Of a stretch of 64,000 nucleotides of DNA, positions 55,882 through 64,000 are shown piece after piece. Below the pieces are notes generated by a model. It did no database searches and was not told the origin of the DNA. It worked only from the letters and a program-made list of their open reading frames with translations. The stretch is from an uncultured Candidatus Saccharibacteria bacterium (GTDB lineage Bacteria; Patescibacteriota; Saccharimonadia; Saccharimonadales; UBA10212). The position numbers and the translations under genes are program-made. The stretch is taken from NCBI GenBank assembly GCA_964460855.1, contig CAYWQH010000005.1:2504-66503 (forward strand). The letters run 5' to 3'. Position 1 is the stretch's first letter. Each line of letters begins with the position of its first letter.

Positions 55882-58056
55882 TCAGTCGCCTAACTTCTCG
55901 AGCGGCGCGAAAGCGATATTTAGTTTTTTGGGTCCGCGGCCTTTAAAGTAAATCGTGGCGTTTTCGCCGTCCATTTCCACCACTGTGCCCTCGCCAAAAA
56001 GCTTATGGCGGACGCCGTCGCCTTCTTGCAAGTCTGGCACATAGCGCGGCTCGTTTTGCTGCAGCAATTTTTCGGTTAAGGGGGCTTCGCCAGCCTGGGG
56101 CGCCGTATTAAACAAGCCCAGCCCGCCGGTTTCGGTAGCCAGGTCGCCGCCAATATCGCTCAAAAAACGGCTGGGCGGGTTGTGCTGCAGGCCGCCAAAC
56201 AGCACACGGCTAGTGGCGTAAATCATGTATAGCTCTTGTTTGGCCCTGGTCATGCCCACGTAACACAGCCGCCGTTCTTCTTCCATTTCGCTTTGGTCAT
56301 ACAATGCCCGGCTGTGCGGAAAAATCATTTCTTCCATGCCAGCCATAAATACCACCGGGAATTCCAACCCTTTGGCGGCGTGCAGGGTCATTAATACCAC
56401 CGCATTGCCGTTGAGGTCGGTGGTATCCAGGTCGCTGACCAGCCCGACTTCTTCTAAAAAGCCGTCCAAACCCAAGTCGCTATACTCGGCCGCTACGCTC
56501 AAAAGTTCTTTGACATTCTCTACCCGGGCTTCGCCTTGCGGCGTGCCGTCATCTATAAATTCCAAATATTGGATGCGGCGGATCAGGGCGTCTATTAAGC
56601 CCTGCACGTTGCTTTCATCGGCTACCCGGCGCAGCTGTAACAATATATCGGCCAGTTCGGTGAAAGCGATTTTGGCTTTGGGAGTTACCGGAGCCACAAT
56701 CACCTGCTCCAGCGCGTCTAACAAGTTAAAGCCATTTTCGGCTTTCCATTGCAAAAAATCATTTATTGATTTTGGCCCCAGCCCACGCGTCGGTACGTTA
56801 GCGATCCTCTCAAAGCTGACCATGTCTTCCGGCTGGTACACCAACCGCAAGTAAGCCATGATGTCTTTAATTTCTTTGCGGTCATAAAAGCGCACGCCGC
56901 CGACGATGCGGTAGGGTACGCCGTAGTGTACGAAAGCTTCTTCGATGGCCCGGCTTTGGGCATTTGTGCGGTAGAGTACGGCAAAGTCCCTATAGTCGCG
57001 GGTACCAGTATCTATATTGGTACGGATGCGACGTACGACTGCCTCACCCTCGGCCCGCTCGTTACCTACCTGGAGGATTTGTACTGGCGTGCCTTCGCCG
57101 GCAGCCGTCCACAGCTTTTTATCACTGCGGGTATTGTTTTTAGAAATTATCATGTGGGCGGCGTCGAGAATGTTTTTTGAACTGCGGTAATTTTGTTCGA
57201 GCTTAATAATCGCGGCGCTGGGGTAGTCTTTCTCAAAATTCAAAATATTGCGGAAATCGGCGCCACGCCATGAGTATATTGATTGCCAGTCGTCGCCCAC
57301 AACTGCGATATTTTTTTGCGGGTTAGTCAGCAGCTTAACTAGCTTATATTGGGCGGCGTTGGTGTCCTGGTACTCGTCTATCAATATATAGCGGAACTGG
57401 GTTTGCCATTTGGCCCGGATTTCCAAATGGTTTTCCAGCAGGCTCACGGTGCGGCTAATAAGGTCGTCAAAATCCAGCGCCCGGTTATCGCGCAGAGCTT
57501 TTTGGTAGAGCGGAAATATTTTTCCGGCTGTTACTTGGGCCGGGCTGGTAGCCAGGCCGGCATATTCTTCGGGCGTCATAAGTTCGTTTTTGGCGGCGCT
57601 GATTAACCCTGCCAGCACCCTGGCCGGAAAACTTTTTTCGTCGACATGCAGTTGCTTGCAAACTTGTTTAATAGCCGCCTGGCGGTCCAATTCGTCCCAA
57701 ATTACAAAGTTGCGCGGGATGCCGGAATGCTCGCCATCCTGGCGCAGCAGCCGCACGCAAATGGAGTGGAAGGTGCCCATAAACGGCATAAAACCGCGGT
57801 TGTTGGGGTCTTCTTCCAGTAGCTTGGCTACCCGTTCGCGCATTTCGCGGGCGGCTTTATTGGTGAAGGTAACTGCCAAAATGTTGAAAGGCGAGGCTTT
57901 GTGCGAGGCTATCAAATAGGCGATGCGGTGGGTCAGCGTTTTGGTTTTGCCGCTGCCGGCGCCGGCCAATATCAGCAATGGCCCGTCGCTTGTCGCCACG
58001 GCCCTTTTTTGCTCGTCATTAAGCCCCAAAAACAGATCTTCCGCTATTAAAGCCAT
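55882..58056 (-). CDS. pcrA: UvrD/PcrA-type ATP-dependent DNA helicase
   Basis: 724 aa. GAGSGKT, DEYQDTN, and the SF1 motif order. Confidence 0.9.
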   Translation of the reverse strand: MALIAEDLFLGLNDEQKRAVATSDGPLLILAGAGSGKTKTLTHRIAYLIASHKASPFNILAVTFTNKAAREMRERVAKLLEEDPNNRGFMPFMGTFHSICVRLLRQDGEHSGIPRNFVIWDELDRQAAIKQVCKQLHVDEKSFPARVLAGLISAAKNELMTPEEYAGLATSPAQVTAGKIFPLYQKALRDNRALDFDDLISRTVSLLENHLEIRAKWQTQFRYILIDEYQDTNAAQYKLVKLLTNPQKNIAVVGDDWQSIYSWRGADFRNILNFEKDYPSAAIIKLEQNYRSSKNILDAAHMIISKNNTRSDKKLWTAAGEGTPVQILQVGNERAEGEAVVRRIRTNIDTGTRDYRDFAVLYRTNAQSRAIEEAFVHYGVPYRIVGGVRFYDRKEIKDIMAYLRLVYQPEDMVSFERIANVPTRGLGPKSINDFLQWKAENGFNLLDALEQVIVAPVTPKAKIAFTELADILLQLRRVADESNVQGLIDALIRRIQYLEFIDDGTPQGEARVENVKELLSVAAEYSDLGLDGFLEEVGLVSDLDTTDLNGNAVVLMTLHAAKGLEFPVVFMAGMEEMIFPHSRALYDQSEMEEERRLCYVGMTRAKQELYMIYATSRVLFGGLQHNPPSRFLSDIGGDLATETGGLGLFNTAPQAGEAPLTEKLLQQNEPRYVPDLQEGDGVRHKLFGEGTVVEMDGENATIYFKGRGPKKLNIAFAPLEKLGD

Positions 58057-58093
58057 AGGCTCTATTCTAGCAAAATTAGCTAATTATTTCGGG

Positions 58094-58723
58094 CTAACGC
58101 CATTTAATTGAATCAAGCAATTGTGTGTAGATAGGATAGTATTTCATATCTATCCCGTTATCGGTGGCGGGGGCATTATAAATAATTTGAATTACTTGGT
58201 TTGGCCCATAATTTACTTCCACATTCCTGCTTCCGCCGTCTTCTGAAAAACTACCGTTTTTAAAAGCTTCTCTGCCGTCGACTCGAATATCCTGAACATC
58301 CCTAAACGAATGTGTAGTATCGGTGGACTCAAATATTTTGTCTTTGGCGTAATTAACATTTCCCGAATCGTAAGCAATGACAATTTCGGGCTCGTTAATA
58401 TTGGGCGTAGTTTTGTCATGTTCCGGAGCGTGAAGACGGTAAAGAACGTTATTTTTGTAACGATAATCAGTTTCGTTTACTAAACTCCAGTTCTTAGGAA
58501 AATTAAATGTCATAGGAATACTGGAATCCACGAATTGCTTTTGGCCATTAACTATTTTTACCGCAATTTGAGGCTGTTGTGATGAGCTGGCAATAGCATT
58601 GTTCAAAGAATTATCGGTTTTTTGGTTAGTCTGGCGAACATAATAACCAACGCTGCACAGTACAAAAACAATCAAAAGGATGAATACGCCTTCGACGGCG
58701 CTGAACCCCTTTTGGCGTTTCAT
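58094..58723 (-). CDS. Type IV pilin-like protein (prepilin-type N-terminus)
   Basis: 209 aa. MKRQKGF/SAVEGVFILLIVFVL, with Glu at +5 after the predicted cleavage site. Confidence 0.6.
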   Translation of the reverse strand: MKRQKGFSAVEGVFILLIVFVLCSVGYYVRQTNQKTDNSLNNAIASSSQQPQIAVKIVNGQKQFVDSSIPMTFNFPKNWSLVNETDYRYKNNVLYRLHAPEHDKTTPNINEPEIVIAYDSGNVNYAKDKIFESTDTTHSFRDVQDIRVDGREAFKNGSFSEDGGSRNVEVNYGPNQVIQIIYNAPATDNGIDMKYYPIYTQLLDSIKWR

Positions 58724-58731
58724 GCTACTCT

Positions 58732-60297
58732 TTAATTAGTTTCTTGAATTGATTTAGTGAATGTCGTAATGTCTTTGACTAATTGTGTAGGCAGCAGTGT
58801 TGCCGCGTTCTTTTTAAAATCATCCAGCGTAAATGAAGTTTTACTAAACGTTCCTTGTTCGTAAGTTACATCGGCGCCAGCAAAATCGGCGCTCTTATAA
58901 AACTTAACTTTGCCGTTTACCTGAATCACCATGCCGCATGGCAAATCCGGTTTATTATTAACTACATCGTAAGCATAGACTTTCTGAACCAAGTAGCGGT
59001 CAGGCTGTAGTAAAAGCAACCGGTCAAATTCTTTAGTGTTGGTAAATACAATTGGCGCGGCTGGATCTTCCACTTTTAAACTAGTATCAACACCGGTAGT
59101 ATCGTAAGAAGTAAATCCGATTGGTCCGCAAATTTGATCTGCCGGCGTATTGCCTTTTTTGACCCAATCTTTTGTCTTTAACCACATAGTTGGCGCCGAG
59201 GCGCCGCCGGTTCCGAAATCAACGATGTAACGTTTGCCGGTTAATGTGGCGGGAACTGGCGGAGTGTAACCTGCCGTTGTAACGGATAAGTCTCGAACTT
59301 CGGGAGTTCCCCATTTTTTTAAGTAGTTAAACATGAAGCCCAGGTCTTTATTTTCGTAAGTAGCCCAGCCCGCTGGAAGCGCACTAGTTGGAACAGTGGT
59401 AACTGTTTTCTTGGTAACTACCGTTGGGGTTGAATTCTGGGAAGCGGCCTGCTTTTGCTTAAAGAAATGGTAAGGCAAGGTGATATTAGTTTTAATTAAG
59501 CCGTCGTCAACAGCGGCATAAGCGCCGGCCAGGCCTAGCAGTAACAGTATTAAAATAATCCAGCCGATTTTGCCGCCGCTGCCTTTGTGCTTGCGGGCGG
59601 CGCCGATTTCGACTTTGTATTTATTACTTTCGGCCAGTTCCTGGATTTTAGCTTCGCGCTCAGCCAAGGCGGCTTCGGCATTGTTGCTGTCCTGGGCGTT
59701 GCCCAGTACCGAATTAACCGCGGCGTTGCCCGGCGAATTATCCGGTACGTCTGCAGCCTTGTCTTCTTCGGGTTCAAGCGTTTCTTCGGCTGGTTCCGGC
59801 TTTTCGTCAGGTTCGGGGCTTTCGGGCTCAGCGCTTTCCGGTTCGGCCGCTGGTTCCTCGGCCGGTGTTGTTCCTGGCTCCAGCGCGGCTGGCTCCTCGG
59901 CGGGCGCATCGTTAAGGTCTTTAATGGGAAGCGCGTCTGGTTCTTCGGCGGGCGCTTCTTCAAATTGTGGCGACGGCGGCTCCGGTTCGTCAGCCGGCAT
60001 AGCCGATTTAATCGCTATGGAAGTGGCCGTGGCCTCATTTGTTCTTTTGCCAATATGTTCTACCGTTTCGGCGGAGGGCGCGATTCTTTTACGGCCGGCT
60101 GGCGTAAGTATGCCGTTGGCCGCCGGTTTGGTTTTGGTGTCTTCGTCATCATCGCTGGCTACATTAACTTTTTTAGAAACCATCGGGTCTTTTAAGATCG
60201 GGCGGTGCGAAATAACCGGTTTGCTGGTAGCCGCGGCTTTGACGTCTTTGGGTTTGCTGACGTCGAATACTTTTTTATCGTTTTTGGCGCTGGCCAC
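58732..60297 (-). CDS. Bitopic membrane protein with acidic Pro/Glu/Ala-rich N-terminal region
   Basis: 521 aa. Low-complexity PAEEP repeats, one TM, C-terminal extracytoplasmic domain. Confidence 0.55.
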   Translation of the reverse strand: MASAKNDKKVFDVSKPKDVKAAATSKPVISHRPILKDPMVSKKVNVASDDDEDTKTKPAANGILTPAGRKRIAPSAETVEHIGKRTNEATATSIAIKSAMPADEPEPPSPQFEEAPAEEPDALPIKDLNDAPAEEPAALEPGTTPAEEPAAEPESAEPESPEPDEKPEPAEETLEPEEDKAADVPDNSPGNAAVNSVLGNAQDSNNAEAALAEREAKIQELAESNKYKVEIGAARKHKGSGGKIGWIILILLLLGLAGAYAAVDDGLIKTNITLPYHFFKQKQAASQNSTPTVVTKKTVTTVPTSALPAGWATYENKDLGFMFNYLKKWGTPEVRDLSVTTAGYTPPVPATLTGKRYIVDFGTGGASAPTMWLKTKDWVKKGNTPADQICGPIGFTSYDTTGVDTSLKVEDPAAPIVFTNTKEFDRLLLLQPDRYLVQKVYAYDVVNNKPDLPCGMVIQVNGKVKFYKSADFAGADVTYEQGTFSKTSFTLDDFKKNAATLLPTQLVKDITTFTKSIQETN

Positions 60298-60299
60298 GG

Positions 60300-61079
60300 T
60301 TAAAGTTCTCCTTTTTCACGCTGCAGCCGATAAGCAGAAAGGACGATGTCCGAAAATGAATGGTAATTCAAACTGGCCCCGCCGACTAAAAAGCCGTCCA
60401 CTCCCGGCAGATCCAAAAAGCCCCGGGCGATATCCGGCACTACGCTGCCGCCGTACAGCACCCTTACCTGCTGGCTGGCTTTTTTAGTGAAAGTTTCGGC
60501 TATATAGTGGCGGATAGTTTTAACCGCTTCTTCGCACTGGCTGGGTTTGGCGACATCGCCGGTGCCAATGGCCCATACCGGCTCGTAGGCAATAACCATA
60601 CCCGATACTTCGCGGGATGTAAGGTTAGACAGGGCCGTCATTAACTGGTCGTGTAAAACCAGGTGAGTTTCGCCGTCGGCCCGCTCGGTTTTGGTTTCGC
60701 CGACACACAGTATTGGCGTCATGCCGTTGCGCACGCAGGCTGCTACTTTATCGCGGATCATTTCGTGGCTTTCGTTAAAAATATAGCGCCGCTCGCTGTG
60801 GCCGATAATAACGTAATGCACCAGGTCTTGCAGCTGGGTAAAGCTGACTTCGCCGGTAAAGGCGCCTTCGTCGTGGAAATAAGCGTTTTGGGCGGCCAGC
60901 CGGAATTTGCGGCGGTCCATTTGTAAGCTTAGAGGTTGTAATACTGTAAAGCTTGGGGCTAATACTACTTCTACGTCGCGGTAGATTTTGATGCGCTCGT
61001 GAAGGCGGTGCAGCAGCAAGCTGGCCTGCGACGTATTCAAGTGCATTTTCCAGTTGCCGACAATTAGCATTTTACGCAT
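60300..61079 (-). CDS. tpiA: Triosephosphate isomerase
   Basis: GNWKMH, IGHSERR, AYEPVWAIGTG. Start set at MRKMLIVGNWKMH; an ATG at 61070 is also possible. Confidence 0.9.
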   Translation of the reverse strand: MRKMLIVGNWKMHLNTSQASLLLHRLHERIKIYRDVEVVLAPSFTVLQPLSLQMDRRKFRLAAQNAYFHDEGAFTGEVSFTQLQDLVHYVIIGHSERRYIFNESHEMIRDKVAACVRNGMTPILCVGETKTERADGETHLVLHDQLMTALSNLTSREVSGMVIAYEPVWAIGTGDVAKPSQCEEAVKTIRHYIAETFTKKASQQVRVLYGGSVVPDIARGFLDLPGVDGFLVGGASLNYHSFSDIVLSAYRLQREKGEL

Positions 61080-62388
61080 TGGAACCTTCTTCCTTATCGA
61101 GTAAAGCTGCAACGCCCGGCAGGGTTTTGCCGCTCATCAGCTCCAAGCTGGCGCCGCCGCCGGTTGAGACGTGGCTGAAATCGTTTACCAAGCCCTGGGA
61201 TTCTACATAACCAACCGTATCGCCGCCGCCTACCAGGGTAAACGGCTTATTGGCGTGCTGCTGGCTGCCGCCGATCATGGCATCTACTACTAAGCGGGTG
61301 GCGTGGGAAAACGGGTCGGCTGAGCCAGCCAGGCCTTTGGTTTCGGTAACGCCGCAGGTGCCGTTCCAAACAACAGTTTTGGCTAATTTTATCGCCCCGC
61401 AAATAGTAGCGGCGCTTAGCGGCCCAATATCTAAAATCATTTCCTCTGCGCCAACCGTGTGCGATTCCGGCGGAGGTACTTGTGGGTAGGCCTGGATGTC
61501 GGCAATGCTGTGGCTGCCGAGGTCGACCCAGCGGGTCGGCTGGCTGCCATCTATATTAGTCGAAACTACCGCGTCAGTCGGCACTAAAAAGTGGAACGGC
61601 CGATCGCGTTCGGCCTGGTTGGCTTTGGCTAAAACTTCTTTGGCGGTATCCAGGGCGTCGGTGTCTACCATGCTTTTACCTACCCCAAAGCCGCAGGCCA
61701 CCAAAAAGTCGTTGGCCATGGCGCCGCTAACGGCCACCACGTCTGCCATATCTATCAGGCGGTTTAAAATATCTATTTTATCGGCAATTTTAGCGCCGCC
61801 AATCAACGCCACAAACGGATGTTCGGGCTGGTCCATCACCCGGGTGATGGTATCAACTTCTTTTTCCAGCAAAAATCCGGCCACTGCCGGCAGCTGCCGG
61901 GCTACGGCATCGGTCGTGGCGTGGGCCCGGTGCACAACTCCAAAGCCGTCCTGTACAAAAACTTCGGCGCCGGTGGCTTCAACAATTTGGGTGGCAAAAG
62001 CCCCGTCGTTTTTCTCTTCTTCGGGATGGAAACGGACATTTTCAAGTAAGATGATTCCGCCTGGCTGCAGTTCGGCGCAGGCTTGTTTAACCCCGTCGCC
62101 AATACAGTCGCCTACAAAGCGGATATCGCGCCCTAAAAGTTCGCGCAGGCGGGCGGCAACCGGCTCTAAACTGCATTCGCGGTCATCGGCGCTTTTTGGG
62201 CGGCCCAAATGCGACATTAAAACCAGCGATGCGCCCTGTTCCAAAATATACTGGATGGTCGGCAGGCTTTGTTTTATGCGGTAGTCATCTGTAATTTGGC
62301 CGTCTTTAACCGGCACGTTATAGTCGGCGCGCATCAAAACCTTTTTGCCGTTTAAGTCGATATCTCGAACTGTTTTTTTGGTAAACAC
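61072..62388 (-). CDS. pgk: Phosphoglycerate kinase (long form)
   Basis: 438 aa. GKKVLMRADYNVP, MSHLGRP, GGGD(T). Confidence 0.9.
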   Translation of the reverse strand: MFTKKTVRDIDLNGKKVLMRADYNVPVKDGQITDDYRIKQSLPTIQYILEQGASLVLMSHLGRPKSADDRECSLEPVAARLRELLGRDIRFVGDCIGDGVKQACAELQPGGIILLENVRFHPEEEKNDGAFATQIVEATGAEVFVQDGFGVVHRAHATTDAVARQLPAVAGFLLEKEVDTITRVMDQPEHPFVALIGGAKIADKIDILNRLIDMADVVAVSGAMANDFLVACGFGVGKSMVDTDALDTAKEVLAKANQAERDRPFHFLVPTDAVVSTNIDGSQPTRWVDLGSHSIADIQAYPQVPPPESHTVGAEEMILDIGPLSAATICGAIKLAKTVVWNGTCGVTETKGLAGSADPFSHATRLVVDAMIGGSQQHANKPFTLVGGGDTVGYVESQGLVNDFSHVSTGGGASLELMSGKTLPGVAALLDKEEGSNA

Positions 62389-62473
62389 GGGCCCACCCTG
62401 TATTAAACTAGCGTTTTCGCTTCATTACCTGTTATTGAAACAAATTTTACCTTAAATTGCTAGTGTTTATGGG

Positions 62474-63844
62474 CTATTCCACAGCCCGGATTTCAATAGT
62501 GTCCGTCGAGCCAACCGCACCCGGTTGGCGGCCGGAACAAATTATCACGAGATCGCCCTTGTTTAAAACTTTATTTTGGCGCAGCCAAAGGGTTATTGAG
62601 GCTTGGTTGTTTTGGCTGGCCGGCCGCACAAAACTAAGCACGCCGTAAGCCAGTTCCAACTGGTTGGCGACCATTGGCTTGTCGGTTACGGCAATAACCG
62701 GCAGCGGCAGGCACATGGCGGCCAGCTGCATGGCGCTGGCGGCGCTGGAGGCATCCACTACTATGGCCCGGGCACCTGATCCTTCCGATAAATCAGCAAT
62801 CGCCCGGCTGACGGCCGACTGCCTGGTGGCAGCTGCGGCGGCCGGGCTTTTGGGCTGCATATTATGCCGAATAATCGCCTTCAGTTTTTCGACGGCTTTA
62901 GCCGGGTAGCTGCCAAAAATTGTTTCGTCGCTGAGCATTATACTGTCGGCGCCGTCATTTACGGCCGCCGACGCGCTGGCTATTTCGGCCACGGCAGGTT
63001 TGGGCCGGTCGACCATGCCCGGCAAAATTCCGCCGCTAATTATTACCGGGCGGGCAGCTTTGACGGCTTGCTTGATAACGTGTTTTTGGATGGCCGGCAA
63101 TTTTTCGGCCGCTAAAGCTATAGTTAAATTTTCGCGGTCCAGTAGTACGCCGTCGGCCTCCAGCAAAATCTTATCGAGCTGGGCCAGCGCCTGCTTGGTT
63201 TCGAGTTTGGCGATTACTTTGGTATGGCTGCCGGTAGTTCGCAGCTGCCGGCGCAGCGGGAATAAATCGCTAGCCGCCTGGATATTGCCAATCGAAACAT
63301 ATTCGATTTTATGGCGGTGGGCCAGGTTTACTATTTGCCGGTCGTCATCGGTAAATATTGAACTGCCGAGTTCGCTGTCGGGCAGATAAATTGGGCTGCC
63401 GCTGACTAGCGTGCCGTTATTATCGGCCCGCAAATGCACCACCCCGCCGCGGGCGGCGGTGATAGTCGCTTTAAGCGCGCCGCTATTAAATAAAACCGTT
63501 TCGCCGCGTTTTACCATCGGGCCGAAATCAAACCCGATGGGCAGTTGGCCGCCGTCGCGATAATTAGCCCCGTAACGCAAAGCCAGCTCGCGGCCTTTTT
63601 TAACTGCTATAACGCCTTCAAAATTACCCAGTGCCAAATACGGTCCGCGCAGCGCCAAAATTATGGCTGCCGGCTGGTTTAATTCCCGGCTGGCTTTGCG
63701 GACCCAAGCAATTTGCTGTTCAAGATAATCTAAATCGGGCCAAATTTGAATATTAAAGCCGTTAGCGCCGGCACTAAGCAGGTCTTCAATCGATTGGTAA
63801 GTGTTGACCGCCGGCCCGAGGGTAGCTATAACTTTGCTGCTCAT
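62474..63844 (-). CDS. pyk: Pyruvate kinase (divergent)
   Basis: 456 aa. IATLGPA, KLETKQA, MLSDETIFGSYP. Confidence 0.8.
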   Translation of the reverse strand: MSSKVIATLGPAVNTYQSIEDLLSAGANGFNIQIWPDLDYLEQQIAWVRKASRELNQPAAIILALRGPYLALGNFEGVIAVKKGRELALRYGANYRDGGQLPIGFDFGPMVKRGETVLFNSGALKATITAARGGVVHLRADNNGTLVSGSPIYLPDSELGSSIFTDDDRQIVNLAHRHKIEYVSIGNIQAASDLFPLRRQLRTTGSHTKVIAKLETKQALAQLDKILLEADGVLLDRENLTIALAAEKLPAIQKHVIKQAVKAARPVIISGGILPGMVDRPKPAVAEIASASAAVNDGADSIMLSDETIFGSYPAKAVEKLKAIIRHNMQPKSPAAAAATRQSAVSRAIADLSEGSGARAIVVDASSAASAMQLAAMCLPLPVIAVTDKPMVANQLELAYGVLSFVRPASQNNQASITLWLRQNKVLNKGDLVIICSGRQPGAVGSTDTIEIRAVE

Positions 63845-64000
63845 TTTGCTTAAGTTTAATTTGTTGCAGCTTTAATGTACATGGCTGGGAGTAAGCCCGG
63901 TATGTGTCTAACCATAAAATAATTATCTGGTAATAAGTCATAGATATAAAAAATAAATTGAGGTGTTTGTTTTTGTTTTAACATGCTTATGATAACTGAA

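Overview
Gene-dense 64-kb window at roughly 50% GC, with most genes on the minus strand. The gene content suggests a reduced-genome bacterium of the Patescibacteria/CPR type, possibly Saccharibacteria-like; this is an inference, not a search result. Supporting content: short AlaRS and MetRS, a compact F1Fo operon, pyk-pgk-tpiA, MltG, LysM-CHAP and RpfB-like wall enzymes, a type IV pilin-like gene, and many small secreted or membrane proteins of unknown function. I can support about 65 protein genes, one tmRNA (50784..51185, minus) and several intrinsic terminators. I found no rRNA, tRNA, CRISPR array, transposase or integrase.

Three things stand out. (1) Six small GC-rich, high-GC3 cassettes sit in intergenic gaps. 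Each has its own near-consensus sigma70 promoter, a Shine-Dalgarno (SD) site, one or two small ORFs and a GC hairpin. In four of them a perfect 11-14 bp inverted repeat pairs the 5-prime leader with the 3-prime tail, and in one case that repeat covers the SD. (2) A 9-kb cell-surface locus (12.7-21.3 kb) holds a paralogous family of Thr/Gly/Cys-rich secreted proteins, a DUF916/CscA-like anchor protein, a PKD-domain protein and an AT-rich beta-propeller gene inserted between two tandem paralogs. (3) The atp operon has no a or c subunit gene in the usual position. Its first gene instead encodes a secreted-domain protein ending in a c-subunit-like hairpin that lacks the carboxylate.

All calls come from reading the sequence and the ORF track. 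No database search was run, and all counts are approximate hand counts.
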